Shown here in pieces: positions 56,938-64,000 of a stretch of 64,000 nt of DNA (its first letter is position 1; every line of letters begins with the position of its first letter). The DNA comes from Octopus vulgaris (taxonomy: Eukaryota), in assembly GCA_951406725.2 (NCBI GenBank), contig OX597825.1, positions 30,814,001 to 30,878,000 of the forward strand, read 5' to 3'. A program made the translations under genes and the position numbers. A model generated the notes under the pieces. That model was not told the origin of the DNA and searched no databases. It saw nothing but the letters and a program-made list of their open reading frames with translations.

Positions 56938-57189
56938 TATATGTTCCTTCTCAAGCCATGCCAGGCTCCTAAGGGCCGATTTACCGGTTTCAGTGGCGTA
57001 GAAATTCCCCACCTGGATGGGACGCTGGTCAATCACAGGATTACTCCTTTTTGCCAGCTGAGTGGACTGGAGCAACGTGAAATGAAGTGTTTTGCTCAAG
57101 AACACAACGCATCGCCCTGTTCAGGAATCGAAACCACAACATTACGATTATGAGTTCAACACCCTAACCACTAAGCCACGCGCCTCCAC
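56938..57189 (-). mobile_element. tRNA-derived SINE (head 2, tail F) with 12-bp TSD
   Basis: TSD GTTAATATGAAA at 56926-56937 and 57190-57201. The tail is the reverse complement of 14860-14950. Confidence 0.88.
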
Positions 57190-57209
57190 GTTAATATGAA
57201 AAGGGTTGA

Positions 57210-57990
57210 ACAAAATTCCATAAAGTTGGTAGATATTCTTTTAGCAAAGGACCAAACTGACTGGTTGCACTTTGGGAGACAGGAATTTGAGGGCTGTGTA
57301 ATGTATAGAAATACCTATCGTGGTTCAGGTTATCACCTTGTTGGAGTTGCACTCCTGAGTAAAAGACATTCAGTTTTGTCTGAACTGCTGTTGCATGGCT
57401 GCAAGCAAATCATGTATGGAAACTTGATGCTGAGAGTTTTAGATGTGTCTGGAATGTGGAAGGATGACTGCAGTTAACTTAGTTGTTTCTGATAAGTCAG
57501 TGAAGGAACACATGTGTCCCCAGGGATGGTTTACAGGGAACAAGCAGAGCTCCAAGCAACTGACTTAAGTGCCAAAGAGTTTTGGAAAGAGGAATTGCAG
57601 AGTATGAGATTGAGTTGCAGTTAGCTGATGTAAAGTAATGATGTAGGAATGTTCTGATAAGTGTAGAGATAGTGATGATTTGGTAGAGGTTGGTTTCGAG
57701 GTGAGAAAGAGATCAAGGTTGTTTGTTGTGTCTGAATATCAGAAGGAATGGAGCTAACTGTTGTGGTGAGTTGAGGATGGGGAATGATTCAGTTTCTGCA
57801 CTGGCAGCTGCAGTATGAACTCACCTGTGTAAATAACTGCAGAGAAGAATGAAATGAGACAGACGTCCTTGGTGCCATAAGGGATATAGTCGAAATGTTA
57901 TTGGTGGGTAAAGGAATTTGGAGAGGGGTAGAGAGAGCAGATGTATATGAGGGGGATGAAGGAGGAAGACTCCACTAACCTTGCCATGGG
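57210..57990 (-). pseudogene. Highly decayed LINE apurinic-endonuclease region (CR1/Jockey-like?)
   Basis: Minus strand near 57695-57725 reads NNLDLFLTSKP, like the LDLxLT motif that precedes SDH. The rest is disrupted. Confidence 0.3.
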
Positions 57991-58054
57991 TAGACTCCAC
58001 TATCACTGTCACTCAGCTCACTCATTTAGATATCTGTAATAATCCTTTCTTATT

Positions 58055-58259
58055 AAAGGCATGATGCCTGAAATTTTGGGGGAGGGGACTAGTTGATTAC
58101 ATCGACCCCCAGTGCGTAACTGGTACTTAATTTATTGACCCCAAAAGGATGAAAGGCAAAGTCGACCTCTGTGGAATTTGAACTCAGAACATGTCGATGG
58201 ACTAAATGTTGCTGAGAATTTTGCCCAGCATGCTAACGATTCTGCCAGCTCACTGCCTT
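58055..58259 (-). mobile_element. SINE family A variant
   Basis: Reverse complement of the family A head and body. Flanked by TATCTGTAATAAT at ~58031 and ~58265. Confidence 0.75.
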
Positions 58260-59832
58260 CTGTATATCTGTAATAATTATTTCCAGATTGACTGGAAATC
58301 ATTACTACTGATGCCCAGGTGGGAGTAATGAGTGACAGGGATAGCGGAGTCTACCTGTGTACAGAAACTGTATTTTGGGGATAAATTTTAAGCCTAAAAT
58401 ATCATGCAGGCAAAGGATATGTATGACTGACAAAGGGTAAGAAATTTGTGTCACAGCAAAGAATTGGATGTATGGTTTGTGTGTTAGTAAGAGACAATGT
58501 GTGGGGCTTAAGTTAGCTCAATATCCATGGATATTAAGGAAGAGGTATTAGATTTGACCAGTGAGTGTAGAATTATTTTTTGGCACCTGAAGAAGTAAGG
58601 AGACTGCCAGTATAATGTGAGGTTATGATCCATTGGCTGGAAACTTGGTTTGAAATCTTGCAACAGAGCAAACTCCATCCTTGGGTCAGAAGGTTACATT
58701 AAACCAAACAGGATGATGTGCTTACCACAAACTATTGTTGTATTTTTTGTTTTCATTATTTTTTGTAATGATTATGGTTTGTTGCTGTTGTTTTATTTTA
58801 TTTTTCTCTGATTTTTTTTTAGTTATTTTATTACTTTAAAATAAGTGAAGATAAATATTTTTGTATTGACAATGTTAATAAAAAGAATAACAAACGGAAG
58901 AAAAATATCACGAGATTTCAACAATCTAATATATATATACATGTGTGTAGAAAAAAGAGAAAGAAGATATTTTTTGACACTGAATCAATATATACTGAAA
59001 GTTTAAATTTGGTTACGCTGTTTAGGTTTTGTTAAATGTGAAACTCAGAGTTACAAAATTTGAACTTTCATCTTCAAAAAAATATAACAAGTAGTATAAT
59101 ATATGTGTTCGTGTGTGTGTTTTCAGTTATTGAATGTCCTTGTCTGCAACAGAGTGGTGAAGAAGAGTAAGACACATTGAACATAGACAATATTAAGCTG
59201 TTATCTAGGAAGTCACTTAAGCAATCTATAAATGCATTCAAGAGACACAAACCTGTAGAGATTAAAGTTTGTATAACGGCAAAGAGTGTCTTTGTGTATT
59301 TAATTCTGATTGGCACAGTCATTAGAGTATCAATAAAATATCTTATGGCTCTCTGTGTTCTGAGTTCAAATCGCACAGAAGTCAACTTTGCCTTTCATTC
59401 TTTGAGAATTGATAAAATAAATACCTGTCCAAGAGGTGGAATCATGGATTGTTAGAGAACTGAATAAAATACCTTGTAGCATTTGTTCCATTTCATTACA
59501 TTCTGAGTTCATCTTCAAGAACTCTAGTGCTAAACAGTTACACATATTGCCATTTTTTTAAAGAAAATATCAGTAATGTAGAGAAAGAGACACGAATTGC
59601 TGCATGGGCAATTTCTGGTGTCTTTCAAAAAATCTTTGCCACAGAGAAATTTGATTTACAAACCCATGGTTTCAAGGAACATGCATGTATTCTCAAAACC
59701 ATGTGGTTTTTAGAATAGTTTTAAATGTTAAATTCTGATTAAGAGAACATTCGTACACTGGATAGTTTCAGTCTGTTTCTGAAGATCCAAGGAAAGTGCA
59801 ATATTTAAGTTACTAGCATTTGTATTAGCCTT

Positions 59833-60212
59833 CATCATCATCATCATCATCATCATCCTCATCGTTTAACATCCGCTTTCTATGCTAGCATGGGTTGAAC
59901 GATTTGACTGAGGACTGGCGAACCAGATGGCTGCACCAGGCTCCAATCTGATCTGGCAGAGTTTCTACAGCTGGATACCCTTCCTAAGGCCAACCACTCC
60001 AAGAGTGTAGTGGGTGCTTTTACATGCCACTGGCACGAGGACCAGTCAGGTGGTACTGGCAACGACCTCGCTCGAATGTTTCTTCACATTCCATCGGCAC
60101 AGGTGCCAGTAAGGCGATGCTGGTAACGATCACGCTTTAATGGTGCTCTTTACATGCCACCGGCATAGAAGCCAGTTAGCTGCTCTGGCAACAATCATGC
60201 TTGGATGGTGCT
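59833..60212 (-). mobile_element. RTE 3' UTR plus GAT-tail module
   Basis: Reverse complement of 55310-55733. Confidence 0.8.
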
Positions 60213-63200
60213 TGTGCTATCTTTTTACAAATAAATATATAATCATTGACTATGTTTTATGTGTTTGTCTTGTGGTAGCCAAAAAGATCAGGCAGGTTCA
60301 TGACTGGAAAAATAATAGGAACCATAGTAACAACATATTAATTTGCATAACTCTTCCACCTCTAAAAATGTTTGGCCTTAATTTTGTAAAAATGCAACAT
60401 AAGGAATTGAACCTGGTAAGATTTTTTAAAATTCAGCCTAAATTATGTGCACTGCACTGATGTATTTGATATTACTAAAACCAAATGTGGAATATATAAT
60501 CTGAAAAGATAAAGTAATAATTATAGCTTTAGTTTCGACAATGTCTGACCTTGGACAAGAAACCGAATCACTTCTAATTAATTTCATATAAACACAAGCA
60601 ATTCAGAGCTTTCGAACATCCATCTTATGAAAGTTCAATGATTGCTTGTGTTGTGTCATAATTAAACCCTCTGAAATCTTTCATCTCTTAATTTGATGTG
60701 AGATTTGATGCAAGATAACAATTACATTAGCTCTTTAAAAGATTTCCTGCAAAGATGCCAAAATATCAAATGATTCCAATTTATCTGAGAAATGGCTTTT
60801 TATTGGTGCAATATATAGTCTGAGATTTAAAATGCTATATGTGCGTGTATGATGCAAACTCAACTAATATGGCTGTAAGAGGATATAAACCAATAGCAAA
60901 CTATGTAGACACTGTGTCTCTGTGTTAATCATCTAAACGCAAGTTTGCAAAGCTTAGTCATGTTGTCCAATTCAAAGTTTATTGTTTTATATTTTCCATT
61001 TCTCATATTTTCTGTTGTTTTCCATGCTACAAAATTTAGCAATTTAAATGTTTGGGAATAGTCCATTCATCTATTACCCTTGCTATATTGAATTACAATA
61101 TGTTTCGGAAATAAACAAGAATATAAAATGAGAGTTAAAGCACACTAATGACTAGCCTGTACTTGAAAGATATAAAAATCATGGAAAAGGTTACAGTAGA
61201 AGGTAATGTAGATTTAGTATATGAGATTCTTGTTGCTTCTGCAAGATTCTCTGGAGAGAATTGGCAAATTGTTACTGTCTGGTTATTGTATATTCTTAAT
61301 ATTTTGGTGCATGTGTGTAGTAGAACTGTCGTTGTTGTTATTTAATCTTTGGTCAACACTGATTGAGAAAACTTGTAATCAAAGGCATTCCACTCATGAC
61401 AATCCCAACTGATTTTTGCTTTTTGTTCAGAATGTGTTTAGGTCTACGTTATCGAATATTTCCTTCCTTGTTTTAAAGAGAAGAAAGTGTGATATAAGGG
61501 AAATTTAGTTGCTTCTTTTAGAATGTTGTTGTACTAAGGAGATACTCACTCGTTAACTCATTGTAGTATGTTTGTGCATAATTTTGTTTTATAGGGTGTG
61601 AATGGGGTTGGGGTTATAACAGTGATATTTGTGTGTTAATGTATCTGGGTATCTGTGGCTGTTTATACTTGTATCTATAGGGGATGGTTGCATTCATGAT
61701 GTAGCAGTATTTTTAATAATAGTAATATATCAATATATTTGAGGGTTAGTTTATTTGAATATCTATTAAGTTTTGGTGAAAGATATTTCAATAATTATAA
61801 TAATGTAATTAATGATTATATACAATTCTTGAAAAAAGAATAACAAAAAATACCTGAATCTCTGAAGACTACTATTATTTTATTCAGCAAAACTGAAGGA
61901 AAATTAATCATTTTTCTTAAATTGATAAATGTTTTCCACATGCAAATAAAATATTTTCATTTCATTTAATTTAACGATAGAAAGCAACGTTTTTAAAATT
62001 CACCTTACACAAATTTGATAAAATGAGAATCATTTTTCTTAACAATAATTAATAGATAAAGATTTTTGTCAACACATTTGTAGCTCTCTGAATATATCTG
62101 AAAAGTTCAAACATTAATTTCAAAACACTTTCCTTCATTAATAAATAGATTATATGTTGTAATTCAGTTTCAACTTTTAGCTGTTTTATTTTTTGTTTTA
62201 TTTTTTGTATCTTTTTTTTTTTCCTTTTGTCTTTAAAAGCAAGCAGCATATGATTGGGTTTTTTTTTTTTTGAAACAAGGCATGCTGAACATTGTAATAA
62301 ATAAAAACTTGAACATCACTTAATGAATTAAATGTCACATGTTTAGGACTTCAGTGATGCACAACTATATTTTTTTTATATGCTATGGAATGGCCCACAA
62401 TTCTTTTTTTCTATTTTTTCCTTTTTTTTTTCTTTTTTGCAATATATCAATGTGTATAACGTTTATAATGTACATACAAATGTGAAACAGCATCAGCTGT
62501 AATAGTTTTCAGAGAGTAACATCTCCAAGAAATTTCTGAAGAGTTTCTCTGAGATAGAATATTACATCTAATTCCATTATGCCTTTGTATATACATTATG
62601 AATGTTATACATACCGGGATTTCAATTTAATGCTGTTTCAAGTGCATATATTAATATTTTATAATGACTGTGGTCCATGACAATATTATTTAAATAAAAC
62701 AAAACATAAATGAATAACAGCTATAACACAGATTGAATCCAAATCACATAAGCCATATCTGAAAGGTAAAAATATCAAATTAAGTAAAAAAAAAAACAAC
62801 ATAATAATAAGCAAATTAATCAGTGTGAATGTAGAAAATATTGTAACATCATGCATGTAACTTTTCCCTATATATGTAAGTGTCACTGTGGCCCACTGAA
62901 GATTTTTCATGACCCACTCTTGAGCTGTATGATTCTTACTGTGCACCATTGGCTTAAGTGACAGTATACTGTGTGTGTGTGTGTGTTGTGATGATGGTGG
63001 TGGTGGTGGGCGGTATTCACTGTATAGCAGTAGCAAGTTTCCATCAAACTGAATCTACAATGTAGGGTTTGATTCCTAGTTGAACCATTTTAATACACCT
63101 GTTCCATATACCATGGAGGTATATGGTCCAGTGGTTAGTGTGTTGCACTCATGATTGTGAGATCATGGTTTCAATTCCCAGATCAGGTGTTCCTTTTCTC

Positions 63201-63928
63201 TTAGCTATAAATGAGTAGCTGGGAAATTGATCCTGTGAAGAACAGGTGCCCTATTTCTTGGGTGGGGGATGTTTTAATCTCAGTCAATTACATGCTGTGG
63301 AAACCTGGTTAAACTCCAGTCTTTTTGCTCATGACAGACCTATGTTATAATCTACTCTATTTACTAGGGAGTTGTTAACTTGTAGTCAATACTTTGTAGA
63401 AGAAAGGGCTTTATCACAGTCAATTGCTCTCAAATCATATTACACACTCACAAACAAAGCATTCATGGTTGATATTGTTAAAGCTCCAAGATATTTTACA
63501 TTTCACAATATATTTATGTAGAGTCAAAGCTGCTTTATTTAACTGTCATTGAAAGAGGGTCAGTAAGCTGTATTCTATAACAAGCAACATTGACTTCAAG
63601 GCTCTATCCACCATACAAATAATTATGAAGGAGAAATATATAGAAATCATTGTATCAATTAGTGAGTGTTTTGTTAACCTGCAGTAGTGAATTTGAATCG
63701 TATTGCATGCATATATAGTTTACAGTGACAAGGTGCTTGACAGAATGACTTATTCTGCATACCCAGATATATAGCATTACCACTGCTTACAACAGGGAAT
63801 TATACCATATTGTGGTCAAATCAACCAGGGTGGATTCTATGTAGTCAATCACTCTCCTGCATATAGTAACTGATTCCCACTCAAATCACACCCTATCATC
63901 TTAGAAAAGAAGGCTACACTAGATAACA

Positions 63929-64000
63929 TGTTTGTTCCTCCTCGAGCCATGCCTGGTTCATTAGAGCCAGTTTCCCGGTTTCCTTGGTATATAGGTTCCC
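63929..64000 (-). mobile_element. SINE tail F, truncated by the window edge
   Basis: TGTTCCTCCTCGAGCCATGCCTGG...GGTTCCC matches the reverse complement of 14885-14950. Confidence 0.75.

Overview
Eukaryotic, AT-rich, repeat-saturated intronic or intergenic DNA. The SINE/LINE repertoire and microsatellite load resemble a cephalopod (Octopus-like) genome, which is an inference. No host protein-coding gene, rRNA, tRNA or CRISPR array could be supported, and most ORF-track entries are translations of (TA)n, (CA)n or trinucleotide microsatellites. The window holds decayed RTE-clade LINE fragments (one with a PHD finger inside the RT), four Tc1/mariner relics (DD34D mariners and a DD37D maT), non-autonomous Helitrons in (TA)n, at least three tRNA-derived SINE families with clear TSDs, a solo-LTR-like element and Penelope-like (GIY-YIG) remnants. 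Most notable are (1) about seven minimal type-I hammerhead ribozyme motifs, several beside inverted termini in TA tracts; (2) a 466-bp mosaic at 54.4-54.8 kb rebuilt from three non-adjacent upstream segments in mixed orientation; and (3) a SINE with a tandemly repeated ~184-bp body whose TSDs begin with its own junction sequence. Coordinates were counted by hand and may be off by a few bases.
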